This document shows positions 44,355-53,654 of a stretch of 64,000 nt of DNA, piece by piece (positions within the stretch are counted from its first letter, which is position 1; every line of letters starts with the position of its first letter). Position numbers and translations under genes: made by a program. Location of the stretch: contig JAFRLZ010000069.1 of assembly GCA_017430985.1 (NCBI GenBank), positions 302-64,301 on the forward strand. The letters run 5' to 3'. Origin of the DNA: Oscillospiraceae bacterium. Its GTDB lineage: Bacteria > Bacillota > Clostridia > Oscillospirales > Oscillospiraceae. The notes under the pieces are model-generated. The model was not told the origin of the DNA and did not search any database. It was given only the letters and a program-made list of their open reading frames with translations.

Positions 44355-46724
44355 ATGATGACTGATTTCGACAAGCGCTTTATCCGGGCGCGCCGCGCTG
44401 TGATCCGCGCGGATTTCAAACAACTGAACGACTGCCAGCAGGAGGCCGTCCTCGCCACCGAGGGCCCGCTGCTGATCCTCGCGGGAGCGGGCAGCGGCAA
44501 GACGACCGTGCTCATCAACCGCATCGCCAACCTTCTGCGCTACGGCCGCGCCTCGGACAGCGACGAGCTGCCGGACGGGGCCGACGAAGCCATGCTGTCC
44601 GCTCTGGAAGCGGGCGGCGAGCGGGCGCGCTGTGCCGCCGTGCTCGATCCGGTGGAGCCCTGGCGCATCCTCGCCATCACCTTTACCAACAAGGCGGCGG
44701 GCGAGCTGAAGGATCGTCTCGAGCGCATGCTCGGGCCGGATGCGGCGGACGACGTCTGGGCCTGCACCTTTCACTCGGCCTGCGTGCGCATCCTGCGGCG
44801 CGACGCCGAGCGGCTGGGCTTCCCCTCGAATTTCACGATCTATGACGCGGCGGACAGCCAGAGCCTCGTCAAGCATATCATCCGGGACATGGATCTGGAT
44901 GAGAAGAGCTTCCCGCCGCGCTCTCTGCTCGCGGAGATCAGCCGCGCGAAGGACGCGCAGATCGGAGCCTCCGAGTTCCTGAATCAGGCGAGAGCCGCCG
45001 GCGATATCCGGCGCAGGCGCGTGGGCGAGGTCTACGCCGAGTACATGCGGCGGATGTTCGCCGCCGGGGCGATGGATTTCGACGATCTCATCTCCTTTAC
45101 CGTCAAGCTCCTGCAGGAGCACGAGGACGTGCGCGAGCACTGGCAGCGCCGCTTCCGCTATGTGCTGATCGACGAGTATCAGGACACCAACCACCTCCAG
45201 TACCTGCTTGCCTCCATTCTGGCAGAGGGCTGGGGCAACATCTGCGTCGTGGGCGACGACGACCAGAGCATCTACAAGTTCCGCGGGGCGACCATCGAGA
45301 ACATCCTCTCCTTCGAGGAGCAGTACAAGCATTGCCGCGTCATCCGGCTCGAGCAGAACTACCGCAGCACGGGCCACATCCTCGACGCCGCCAACGCCGT
45401 CATCCGCAACAATGTCGGGCGCAAGGGCAAGGAGCTTTGGACGGAAAAGGACAGCGGCGAGCTCATCAAGCTTTATGTGGCCGACAACGAAAACGACGAG
45501 GCGCAGTACGTCGCCTCCTGCATCATGGGGGAGTACGGCCGCGGCGCGAACTGGCGCGACCATGCGATCCTCTACCGCATGAACGCCCAGTCGAACCAGC
45601 TGGAATACGCCTTCAAGCGCAACGGGATCCCGTACCGGATCATCGGCGGCACACGCTTCTTCGACCGCGCCGAGGTCAAGGACGTGCTGGCCTACCTCTG
45701 CGTGATCTCGTCTCCGAGCGACGATCTGCGCCTGACGCGCATCATCAACAACCCGCCGCGCGGCATCGGCCCGCGCAGCGTGGAACTGGCGCAGCAGATC
45801 GCGGCCCGGGAGCAGACGAGCCTGTACGATGTTCTGTGCCGCGCGGATCGATTTGAAGAGCTCAGCCGCTCCGCGCTGCGCATGCGGCAGTTTGCCGCCC
45901 TGATCGGCGAGCTGCACGAAAAGGCGGGCGAGACCGGGCCGGACCTGCTGCTCGACGAGCTGCTGGACAAAACGGGTTACCTCCGCATGCTGGAGGAAAA
46001 GAACACCGTGGAGGATACGGCCCGCGCCGAGAACGTGCGCGAGCTCAAATCCAGCATCCTCGGCTATATGAAGGAGTCCGGCGACAATACGCTGGAGGGC
46101 TTTTTGGCCGACGTCGCGCTCTATACCGATCTGGACGCCTATGACAAGGACGCCGACTGTGTGGTGATGATGACCATGCACAGCGCCAAGGGGCTGGAAT
46201 TTCCCACCGTCTTTCTCGTCGGCATGGAGGAGAGCATCTTCCCGAGCATCCGCGCGATCGGGGAACCCGAGGAGATGGAAGAGGAGCGGCGGCTCTGCTA
46301 TGTGGCGATCACCCGCGCCATGCGGCGGCTGCATATCGTCTGCGCCCGGCAGCGCATGCTCTTCGGCCGCACGACGGCCAACCGCGTCTCCCGTTTTGTA
46401 GACGAGATCCCGGAGGAGCATATCGAAAAGAAGAACGTGCCCAAGGGTTACGGCTACCGCGACAAGAGGGAAGAGACGAGCTTGGCCTATCGCGCCCCCA
46501 AGCCGCAGACGCACCGCGTTTCGGCGCCCTCCGCGGCGCCCGCCGCGAAGACGCCGCCGGCCTTTGCCGTGGGAGATCACGTCGTTCACAAGGCCTTCGG
46601 GCCGGGCGTTTTCCGGAAGATGACGCCGATGGGCGGCGATTTCCTGATCGAAGTGGAGTTTGAAAAGGTCGGGACAAAGAAGCTGATGCTGCGCGTCGCC
46701 GCGCAGATGATGAAGAAGGCCTGA
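44355..46724 (+). CDS. pcrA: ATP-dependent DNA helicase PcrA/UvrD family
   Basis: LNDCQQEAV..EGPLLILAGAGSGKTTVL, FTNKAAGELKDR, VLIDEYQDTN, VGDDDQSIYKFRGA, LEQNYRS, MTMHSAKGLEF, YVAITRA. Confidence 0.92.
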   Translation: MMTDFDKRFIRARRAVIRADFKQLNDCQQEAVLATEGPLLILAGAGSGKTTVLINRIANLLRYGRASDSDELPDGADEAMLSALEAGGERARCAAVLDPVEPWRILAITFTNKAAGELKDRLERMLGPDAADDVWACTFHSACVRILRRDAERLGFPSNFTIYDAADSQSLVKHIIRDMDLDEKSFPPRSLLAEISRAKDAQIGASEFLNQARAAGDIRRRRVGEVYAEYMRRMFAAGAMDFDDLISFTVKLLQEHEDVREHWQRRFRYVLIDEYQDTNHLQYLLASILAEGWGNICVVGDDDQSIYKFRGATIENILSFEEQYKHCRVIRLEQNYRSTGHILDAANAVIRNNVGRKGKELWTEKDSGELIKLYVADNENDEAQYVASCIMGEYGRGANWRDHAILYRMNAQSNQLEYAFKRNGIPYRIIGGTRFFDRAEVKDVLAYLCVISSPSDDLRLTRIINNPPRGIGPRSVELAQQIAAREQTSLYDVLCRADRFEELSRSALRMRQFAALIGELHEKAGETGPDLLLDELLDKTGYLRMLEEKNTVEDTARAENVRELKSSILGYMKESGDNTLEGFLADVALYTDLDAYDKDADCVVMMTMHSAKGLEFPTVFLVGMEESIFPSIRAIGEPEEMEEERRLCYVAITRAMRRLHIVCARQRMLFGRTTANRVSRFVDEIPEEHIEKKNVPKGYGYRDKREETSLAYRAPKPQTHRVSAPSAAPAAKTPPAFAVGDHVVHKAFGPGVFRKMTPMGGDFLIEVEFEKVGTKKLMLRVAAQMMKKA

Positions 46725-46725
46725 C

Positions 46726-47223
46726 ATGGACGGGAAAACGCTTTCCTTTGTGAGAGCCTCGGAGGAGGACGCGCCGCTTTTGTCCCGTTTGCGGCAGCGC
46801 ATGTGGGCGACGACTTACCGCGGCATCTACCCGGATGAGGAGATCGACGACTACGACTACGCCGTGCACGAGGCGCGCGACCTCGCCCGCCTGCGCGATC
46901 CGGCTTACCGCATCTTTCTCGTGAAGGACGGAGAGGAGAGCGTCGGCTATTTTGGCCTGCGCTGCGGCGAAACGCTCTACATCCAGTCGCTCTATTTTCT
47001 GCCGGAATACCGCCGCCGCGGCCTCGGCCGCCGGGTGTTCGATCTCGTGAAGAGCTGCGCCGCGGAGCAGGGAAGGAACAGCTTCTGCTGCAGCTGCAAC
47101 GCCCACAACGAGCCGGCTCTCGCCTTCTACCGCGCGATGGGCGGTAGGGCCGTCTCCGAGGACCTCGGGCACGAGAACAGGCAGGAGGACCAGATCGGCT
47201 TCGTTTTCCCCGTAAATGAATGA
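46726..47223 (+). CDS. GNAT family N-acetyltransferase
   Basis: LYFLPEYRRRGLGRRVF (Q/RxxGxG/A motif) ...NEPALAFYRAMG. Confidence 0.8.
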   Translation: MDGKTLSFVRASEEDAPLLSRLRQRMWATTYRGIYPDEEIDDYDYAVHEARDLARLRDPAYRIFLVKDGEESVGYFGLRCGETLYIQSLYFLPEYRRRGLGRRVFDLVKSCAAEQGRNSFCCSCNAHNEPALAFYRAMGGRAVSEDLGHENRQEDQIGFVFPVNE

Positions 47224-47230
47224 AAAACTG

Positions 47231-47265
47231 TCGCCGGAGAAGCAAAAATCTTTGCTTTTCCGGCG
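47231..47265 (+). other. long hairpin without a U-tract between the GNAT gene and prfC
   Basis: TCGCCGGAGAAGCAAA - AATC - TTTGCTTTTCCGGCGA. Function unassigned. Confidence 0.4.
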
Positions 47266-47314
47266 AAACTATGTTAGCATAAAGCGTCTGATTATTCTGT
47301 ACGAGGATCATCGT

Positions 47315-48910
47315 ATGTCTGAACGTTTACAAAAAGAAATCGAACGGCGGAGGACCTTCGCCATCATCTCGCACCCGGACGCGGGCAAGACCACGCTGAC
47401 GGAGAAGCTGCTGCTCTACGGCGGCGCGATCCAGCTGGCCGGCTCCGTCAAGGGCAAGGCCACGGCGCGGCACGCGGTGTCGGACTGGATGGAGCTTGAA
47501 AAACAGCGCGGCATCTCCATCACCTCGTCCGTCATGCAGTTTGAATACGAGGGTTACTGTATCAACATCCTCGACACCCCCGGGCACCAGGACTTTTCGG
47601 AGGACACCTACCGCACGCTGATGGCGGCCGACAGCGCCGTCATGGTCATCGACGCGGCCAAGGGCATCGAACCGCAGACCCGCAAGCTCTTCAAGATCTG
47701 CGCCATGCGGCACATCCCGATCTTCACCTTCATCAACAAGCTCGACCGCGAGGCCCGCAGCCCCTACGATCTGATGTCGGAGCTGGAGCAGGAATTCGGC
47801 ATCGGCACCTATCCGATGAACTGGCCCATCGGCTGCGGCCAGGATTTCAAGGGCGTGTACGACCGGGAAAAGAAGGAGATCCTCGCCTTCAACGAGTTCC
47901 ACCGCGGGCAGAGCAAGATCCATGCGATCGAGTGCTCCCTGGACGACACGGAGAAGCTCGACGAGCTGATCGGCCCTCGTCTGCGGCAGACCCTGCAGGA
48001 CGACGTGGAGCTGCTGGACGGCGCGGGCTACGAGTTCGACCTCGAGCTCGTGCGGAGCGGCGAGCTCAGCCCGGTCTTTTTCGGCTCGGCGCTCAACAAC
48101 TTCGGCGTGGAGCCCTTCCTGGAGAGCTTTCTCCACATGACCATGCCGCCGCTGCCCCGCGAGACCGAGAGCGGGACGGTCGACCCCTTTGACGAACGCT
48201 TCTCGGCCTTCGTCTTCAAGATCCAGGCGAACATGAACAAGGCGCACCGCGACCGCATCGCGTTCATGCGCATCTGCTCCGGCCGTTTTGAGCGCGACAA
48301 GGAGTATTTCCACGTCCAGGGCGGCAAGGCGCTGCGCCTGGCGCAGCCGCAGCAGCTGATGGCGCAGGAGCGCGCCATCATCGACGAGGCCTACGCCGGC
48401 GACATCATCGGCGTCTTCGACCCCGGGATCTTCTCGATCGGCGACACGATCTGCGAGAAAGGCATGAACGTGGCCTTCGAGGGCATCCCGACCTTTGCGC
48501 CGGAGCATTTTGCCGCCGTCGAGCGTGTGGACACCATGAAGCGCAAGCAATTCGAAAAGGGCATCCTGCAGATCGCGCAGGAGGGCGCCATCCAGATCTT
48601 CCACGAGCCCTTCACCGGCGTGGAGGAGGTCATCGTCGGCGTCGTCGGCGTGCTGCAGTTCGAAGTGCTGGAATACCGGCTCAAGACCGAGTACGGCGTG
48701 GATATCCGCCGGCGCGCCATGCCTTTCGAGCTGGTCCGCTGGGTCGAGGGCGAGAACGTCGATATCCCCGCGCTCAACCTCACGAGCGATACCAAGTGGG
48801 TGCAGGACTTCCGGGGCAACAACCTGCTGCTGTTTACCTCCGAATGGTGCATCCGCTGGGCGCTCCAGAAGAATGAGGGACTATCCCTCCGTGAATTCAA
48901 CAGGAACTGA
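47315..48910 (+). CDS. prfC: peptide chain release factor 3
   Basis: RRTFAIISHPDAGKTTLTEKLLL..GAI..AG.VKG....HA.SDWME.E..RGISI, DTPGHQDF, FINKLDR. Confidence 0.93.
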   Translation: MSERLQKEIERRRTFAIISHPDAGKTTLTEKLLLYGGAIQLAGSVKGKATARHAVSDWMELEKQRGISITSSVMQFEYEGYCINILDTPGHQDFSEDTYRTLMAADSAVMVIDAAKGIEPQTRKLFKICAMRHIPIFTFINKLDREARSPYDLMSELEQEFGIGTYPMNWPIGCGQDFKGVYDREKKEILAFNEFHRGQSKIHAIECSLDDTEKLDELIGPRLRQTLQDDVELLDGAGYEFDLELVRSGELSPVFFGSALNNFGVEPFLESFLHMTMPPLPRETESGTVDPFDERFSAFVFKIQANMNKAHRDRIAFMRICSGRFERDKEYFHVQGGKALRLAQPQQLMAQERAIIDEAYAGDIIGVFDPGIFSIGDTICEKGMNVAFEGIPTFAPEHFAAVERVDTMKRKQFEKGILQIAQEGAIQIFHEPFTGVEEVIVGVVGVLQFEVLEYRLKTEYGVDIRRRAMPFELVRWVEGENVDIPALNLTSDTKWVQDFRGNNLLLFTSEWCIRWALQKNEGLSLREFNRN

Positions 48911-48924
48911 AAGGGGCATCGAAC

Positions 48925-49533
48925 ATGGCTGAGAAGATCGTGATCGAGATCTACAGGAAAAAGAATCCCGACGAGCTGACCGCGGCTTTGGCCGATCCGG
49001 ACGGCAAGCTGGATATCGCGAGCGGCGCCGCGCTCACGGCGGCCGAGGCCTGTGCTCTGGGGCTGCGTGCGGCGCGTCTTGCTCAGGGCGACGCGGAGCG
49101 GATGGACTATCTGCGCCGCAACCTCGAAAAGCTGAGAGGCTATATGGTCTATCTGATCGACGAGGACCTGAAGGGCCGCAGCATCATGGCGCGCGCCAAA
49201 AAGGAGGGCGATCCGCAGAAGGTCGACGCCGCCATCCACGCGGTCTGCGCGATCAGCGACGAGATCATCAACATGATGTGCAATCTGCTCGATATGCTGC
49301 TGGAGCTTTCGGAGATCGACACGGCGGCCTGCGCGCCCTATCTCGGCAGCGCGGTTCATCATGCGCTCGCTGCGTTCAGGAGCTGCCGGCTATTTGTGGT
49401 CAACGCCGCGCAGAAGAGCTCGGACAGGACATACGCCTTTATCACCCGCCGTGAAAACGAGATCCGCTGGGCCGAATACGAGCCGAAGACACAGAAGATC
49501 CTCGAGCGTGTCGAGCAGGCGATCATGGCCTGA
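48925..49533 (+). CDS. hypothetical helical protein, weakly reminiscent of cyclodeaminase/cyclohydrolase (FTCD_C-like) proteins
   Basis: 202-aa ORF. ASGAALTAAEACALGLRAARLA resembles the GSGS.AAL.GALGAAL segment of that family. Unverified. Confidence 0.35.
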   Translation: MAEKIVIEIYRKKNPDELTAALADPDGKLDIASGAALTAAEACALGLRAARLAQGDAERMDYLRRNLEKLRGYMVYLIDEDLKGRSIMARAKKEGDPQKVDAAIHAVCAISDEIINMMCNLLDMLLELSEIDTAACAPYLGSAVHHALAAFRSCRLFVVNAAQKSSDRTYAFITRRENEIRWAEYEPKTQKILERVEQAIMA

Positions 49534-49540
49534 CCCCATC

Positions 49541-49576
49541 AAGACCGTCTGCAGAACGCAGGCGGTCTTTCCTTCA
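49541..49576 (+). terminator. probable intrinsic terminator
   Basis: 12-bp stem AAGACCGTCTGC / GCAGGCGGTCTT (one G-U pair) followed by TTCCTTC, a weak U-tract. Confidence 0.5.
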
Positions 49577-49599
49577 GAATTCTTCATAAGCCGCCGCCC

Positions 49600-49628
49600 T
49601 TGTCAAGAGCGTCGGAGGGGTGTATAAT
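49600..49628 (+). promoter_or_regulatory. sigma-A-type promoter
   Basis: TTGTCA, 17-nt spacer, TG-extended TATAAT. Confidence 0.6.
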
Positions 49629-49659
49629 ATTTTATCAAACTGTAATGAGGAGCCTGGCT

Positions 49660-50376
49660 ATGGAAGACGCGGTTTTGACTTTGAAAAAATGGATCGACGA
49701 GAGCGACAACGTCGTGTTCTTCGGCGGCGCGGGCGTCAGCACGGAGAGCGGGATCCCCGATTTCCGCAGCGTGGACGGCCTGTACAACCAAAAGTGGAAA
49801 TATCCGCCGGAAGAGATCCTAAGCGCGAGCTTTTTCGAGCGCGACCCGGCGGAGTACTACCGCTTCCACAGGGAAAAGCTCGTCATCGACGGCGTCAAGC
49901 CCAACCGGGCGCATCTGCGCCTTGCCGAGTTGGAAAAGGAGGGGCATCTCCGCGCGGTCATCACGCAGAACATCGACGGGCTCCATCAGGCCGCTGGAAG
50001 CAAAAACGTGCTGGAGCTGCACGGCAGCATCCTGCGCGCCTATTGCAGCCGTTGCCGCCGGCCCTATCCGGCTGAGGTCATCAATCATGGCGAGGGCGTG
50101 CCGCGCTGCAGCTGCGGCGGCGTCATCCGCCCGGACATCGTGCTGTACGAGGAGCCGCTGGATCAGGACGTGATGAGCAAGGCTCTCCACTATATCCGTC
50201 AGGCCGAGGTGTTGATCATCGGCGGGACTTCGCTGAACGTCTATCCGGCCGCGGGACTGATCCGCTATTACCGGGGGAATAAGCTGGCGCTCGTCAATCT
50301 CAGCGCCACCCCGTACGACAGTTTTGCCGATCTTGTGATCCACCAGAAGATCGGGGAGTTGTTCAGCCGTATATGA
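49660..50376 (+). CDS. cobB: NAD-dependent protein deacylase (Sir2 family)
   Basis: GAGVSTESGIPDFRS, TQNIDGLHQ, ELHGS, and a CxxC...CxCGG zinc site. Confidence 0.9.
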   Translation: MEDAVLTLKKWIDESDNVVFFGGAGVSTESGIPDFRSVDGLYNQKWKYPPEEILSASFFERDPAEYYRFHREKLVIDGVKPNRAHLRLAELEKEGHLRAVITQNIDGLHQAAGSKNVLELHGSILRAYCSRCRRPYPAEVINHGEGVPRCSCGGVIRPDIVLYEEPLDQDVMSKALHYIRQAEVLIIGGTSLNVYPAAGLIRYYRGNKLALVNLSATPYDSFADLVIHQKIGELFSRI

Positions 50377-51101
50377 GCAGGGTAGAAGTATGCGGCATCG
50401 AATTTGACGATCTGAGCATCCGGGAGGCCGTCGAAAAGGCCCTCTGGCTCATGGAGGAAGCGCGCAGCGTGATCGCTGTCACGCCGAATGCCGAGATCGT
50501 GCTGGAAGCGCAGAGAAACCGCGCGCTGCGCGCGGTGATCCGCTCGGCGGAGCTCGTCCTGGCGGACGGCACGGGCGTGCTGCAGGCGTCCAGACTCCAG
50601 GGGAAGCCCCTGCATCATCGCGTTCCCGGCATCGATTTCTGCTCCGCGCTGCTGGCGCGCATGGCCGAGCTTGGGCAGCGGGTGTTCCTGCTCGGCGGCG
50701 TGGAGGGGGTGGCCGAGGAGGCGGGCGAACGCCTGTCGGCCAGGTATCCCGGCCTCGTTATCGCCGGGACGCACAACGGATATTTCGACGCGGAGGAGTC
50801 CTATGAGCTTATCGAGCAGATCAACGCCGCCGCGCCGGATCTGTTGATCGTCTGCCTCGGCTCGCCGAAGCAGGAGATCTGGATGAAGCGCTGTCAGGAG
50901 CGGCTGCTGGTCGGCATGATGATCGGCCTCGGCGGGACGCTGGACGTCTACGCGGGGCGTGTGAAGCGTGCGCCGGAGCGCTGGCGCAGCCTGGGGCTTG
51001 AATGGCTGTATCGGCTGCTCCACGAGCCGAAGCGCCTGCGGCGCGTCCTTCGCCTGCCGGCGATCTACGCGCTGGCGCTCTTCAGGAGGTTAGTGAAGTG
51101 A
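50373..51101 (+). CDS. WecB/TagA/CpsF family glycosyltransferase
   Basis: VTPNAEIV...ADGTGVLQASRL.G...RVPGIDF...LLGG......YPGL.IAG.HNGYF...PDLL.VCLGSPKQE.W. Confidence 0.85.
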   Translation: MSRVEVCGIEFDDLSIREAVEKALWLMEEARSVIAVTPNAEIVLEAQRNRALRAVIRSAELVLADGTGVLQASRLQGKPLHHRVPGIDFCSALLARMAELGQRVFLLGGVEGVAEEAGERLSARYPGLVIAGTHNGYFDAEESYELIEQINAAAPDLLIVCLGSPKQEIWMKRCQERLLVGMMIGLGGTLDVYAGRVKRAPERWRSLGLEWLYRLLHEPKRLRRVLRLPAIYALALFRRLVK

Positions 51102-51769
51102 GCAAGGGAAAACTGATCGTTTTAGAGGGGATCGACGGCAGCGGGAAGTCCGCGCAGTACCGCCGGCTCTGCGCCCGGATGGAGAAGGACGGGATCGACT
51201 ATCACCATATCGTCTTTCCCCGTTATGAGAAGGACAGCAGCGCGCTGATCCGCCTGTATCTCGGCGGGAGCTTCGGCAGCCATCCCGGCGACGTCAACGC
51301 CTACGCAGCCTCCGTGTTCTTCGCGGCGGACCGCTATGCCTCGTTCCGGGACGACTGGGGCCGCGTTTACGAACAGGGCGGGTTGATCCTCTCCGACCGA
51401 TACACCACCTCCAACGCCGTTCACCAGGGCTCGAAGCTGCCGGAGGAGCAGCTGCCGGAGTTTTTCAGCTGGCTCTCCGATTTTGAATACGGGAAACTGG
51501 GCCTTCCGGAGCCTGATCTTGTGATCTACCTGGACGTGGATCTGAAGACCTCGCTCGCGCGCATGAAGCGCCGCCAGGAGAAGACCAACACCCACGCGGA
51601 TATCCATGAAAAGGACGTCGCTTATCTCGAACGCTGCCTGCGCACGGCCGACCGCGCCGCCGATTATTACGGCTGGACGAGGATCCCCTTCATGCAGCAC
51701 GGGGTCGAGCGCGACGTGGATGAAAAAAACGGCGAGATCTATCGTCTGATCCGCCGGTATTTGGGATAA
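51098..51769 (+). CDS. tmk: dTMP (thymidylate) kinase family protein
   Basis: P-loop LEGIDGSGKS, then FADRYAS. GTG start overlaps the upstream stop, 8 nt after CAGGAGG. Confidence 0.7.
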   Translation: MSKGKLIVLEGIDGSGKSAQYRRLCARMEKDGIDYHHIVFPRYEKDSSALIRLYLGGSFGSHPGDVNAYAASVFFAADRYASFRDDWGRVYEQGGLILSDRYTTSNAVHQGSKLPEEQLPEFFSWLSDFEYGKLGLPEPDLVIYLDVDLKTSLARMKRRQEKTNTHADIHEKDVAYLERCLRTADRAADYYGWTRIPFMQHGVERDVDEKNGEIYRLIRRYLG

Positions 51770-51773
51770 GATC

Positions 51774-51799
51774 AAAAAAGGGGCTTCATGCGAAGCCCC
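51774..51799 (-). terminator. intrinsic terminator of the Cys/Gly peptide gene
   Basis: GGGGCTTC / GAAGCCCC stem. The A-run on the + strand gives a U-run on the minus strand. Confidence 0.75.
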
Positions 51800-51813
51800 G
51801 AACGCAAGCGCTC

Positions 51814-51963
51814 TCAGCAGCCGCAGCCGCAACCGCAGTTGTTGTCGCAGCCGCAGCCGTTGCCGCAGCCACAGCCGCAGCCGTTGCCGTTCCATCCGAA
51901 GAGGATGATGATCAGGATGATGAGCCACAGCGTGCTGTTGTTATTGCAGGAATTGCAGAACAT
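51814..51963 (-). CDS. 49-aa Cys/Gly-repeat membrane peptide
   Basis: MFCNSCNNNSTLWLIILIIILFGWNGNGCGCGCGNGCGCDNNCGCGCGC. GGAGAAAGG RBS upstream and its own terminator downstream. Confidence 0.55.
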   Translation of the reverse strand: MFCNSCNNNSTLWLIILIIILFGWNGNGCGCGCGNGCGCDNNCGCGCGC

Positions 51964-52118
51964 GACCGGTCCTTTCTCCGCGCTGAGGAAGTGGATACGC
52001 CCGCGGCCCGCGCGGCGGCCTGTCGGCGTATGAGTTTCGCGGTTTCCCGCGCGCTCGTGCCATCCTATGCAGGCCCTCGCGGAGCGGTGCAAGGACAAGA
52101 CCCCTGAGGAGGACAGAT

Positions 52119-53654
52119 ATGTCTGACGAATTTGAAAAGATCAACGAAATATTCCGTATGCACGAGGAAAAGGTGACGGAGCTTTCCGCCGAGGAAGAGA
52201 AAGCCGAGCCCGATGCGGAGGCTGGGGAGCCCGCGGAGGAGAGCGTCAAAGCTGTTGAGGAAGCCGCTCCGACCGAGCCGGAGACGAGCCCGGCTGCTTC
52301 GCCCGACAAGCAGGAGGACGAGGAGACGCCGCCTGACCGGGATGATAACGCCGTTCCGGCCAGGAAACCGGTCAGACGCTCGGCCAAGGAGGCGCTTCAT
52401 GAAGTCGGCAAGTACGCCGCCTCGGTCGACAAGCTCTTTCTTGACAACAGCGAGGAGCAGGAGGGAGAGTCCTCCAACTACACCGGAGACGAGACCAGCG
52501 AGCGGGATTATCGCCCTGTTCGTCAGAGCCGGGAATACCGATCTGGCTGCCTCGGCGGCGTGATGTATGCCGTGTTCATCGTCTGCCTCAGCGTCATCCT
52601 GGCCTGCTTTGCCTGGATGGCGGCCAGCGACGCGCTTGCGCTCAATCAGGAGAGCTTCACCGCCATGGTCACGCTCCCGAGCTCCGTGTTCGAGACGAAG
52701 ACGATCGACACCTTTGATGAAAACGGCAACAAGACGGGTACGACGCGCGTGACCTCGGCGGATATCGACTATGTCTCGACCGCGCTGAAGGAAGCAGGCT
52801 TGATCGAATACCGCTGGCTGTTCGAGTTCTTCTGCAAGATCTCGCATGCGGACACCAAGCTGACCCCGGGCAGCTACGAGCTCAAATCGACCTTCGACTA
52901 TCGCGCGCTGATCCAGAATATGCGCGCCGGCTCGGGCGCGGCCCAGACGATCAAGGTCACCATCCCGGAGGGCTTTACGCTGCACCAGATCTTCAAGCGG
53001 CTCGAGGAAAACGAGGTCTGCAGCTATGAAGCGCTCGTCGAGGCCGCGGCGGGCTATAAGTACAACTATTCCTTCCTTGAGGGTCTCGGCCCGGGCAACA
53101 TGGCCCGGCTGGAGGGCTTCCTGTTCCCGGACACCTATGAATTTTACGTCGGCATGCAGGCCTCCAGCGCCATCAACAAGTTCCTGCAGCGCTTCCACTA
53201 TATCCTGACCGCCGACATGCTCAAGCAGGCGGAGGACCGCGGGCTCACGCTGCGCCAGGTCGTCACGATCGCGTCGATGATCGAGAAGGAAGCGGCGGTC
53301 GATCCCGAGGCCGGTGTGGACGAGCGCGCCCGTATCGCCTCCGTCATCTACAACCGTCTGAACGCGGGCATGACGCTCGGCATCGACGCCACGGTGCTCT
53401 ATGAGTTCCCGGATCACACAGGCTATCCGACGGCGGAGATGATCGCATACGACTCTCCGTACAACACGCGTCTGTATGGCGGCCTCCCGCCCACGCCGAT
53501 CTGCAACCCCGGTCTCGACGCCATCAACGCGGCGCTGAACCCGGAAGCGACGGGCTATTATTACTATGCTCTCGACACGGCCACGGGCACCCACCGCTTC
53601 TTCACCAACGAGACGGAGTTCAACAACTTCACGGCGACGCAGAACTATGGCTGA
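52119..53654 (+). CDS. mltG: endolytic transglycosylase MltG (YceG family) with a long acidic N-terminal extension
   Basis: IPEGFTLHQIF..L......LEGFLFPDTYEF........ASMIEKEA......IASVIYNRL...M.LGIDATV.Y....YNT....GLPP.PICNPG. Confidence 0.9.
   Translation: MSDEFEKINEIFRMHEEKVTELSAEEEKAEPDAEAGEPAEESVKAVEEAAPTEPETSPAASPDKQEDEETPPDRDDNAVPARKPVRRSAKEALHEVGKYAASVDKLFLDNSEEQEGESSNYTGDETSERDYRPVRQSREYRSGCLGGVMYAVFIVCLSVILACFAWMAASDALALNQESFTAMVTLPSSVFETKTIDTFDENGNKTGTTRVTSADIDYVSTALKEAGLIEYRWLFEFFCKISHADTKLTPGSYELKSTFDYRALIQNMRAGSGAAQTIKVTIPEGFTLHQIFKRLEENEVCSYEALVEAAAGYKYNYSFLEGLGPGNMARLEGFLFPDTYEFYVGMQASSAINKFLQRFHYILTADMLKQAEDRGLTLRQVVTIASMIEKEAAVDPEAGVDERARIASVIYNRLNAGMTLGIDATVLYEFPDHTGYPTAEMIAYDSPYNTRLYGGLPPTPICNPGLDAINAALNPEATGYYYYALDTATGTHRFFTNETEFNNFTATQNYG

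Noticed and set aside
51817-51895. GCAGCC/GCAACC-type short repeats that look at first like a microsatellite or a degenerate repeat array.
   Set aside because: This is not a CRISPR array: there are no spacers of unique sequence and the unit is only 6 nt. It is the coding sequence of the Cys-Gly tail of the 49-aa peptide on the minus strand.
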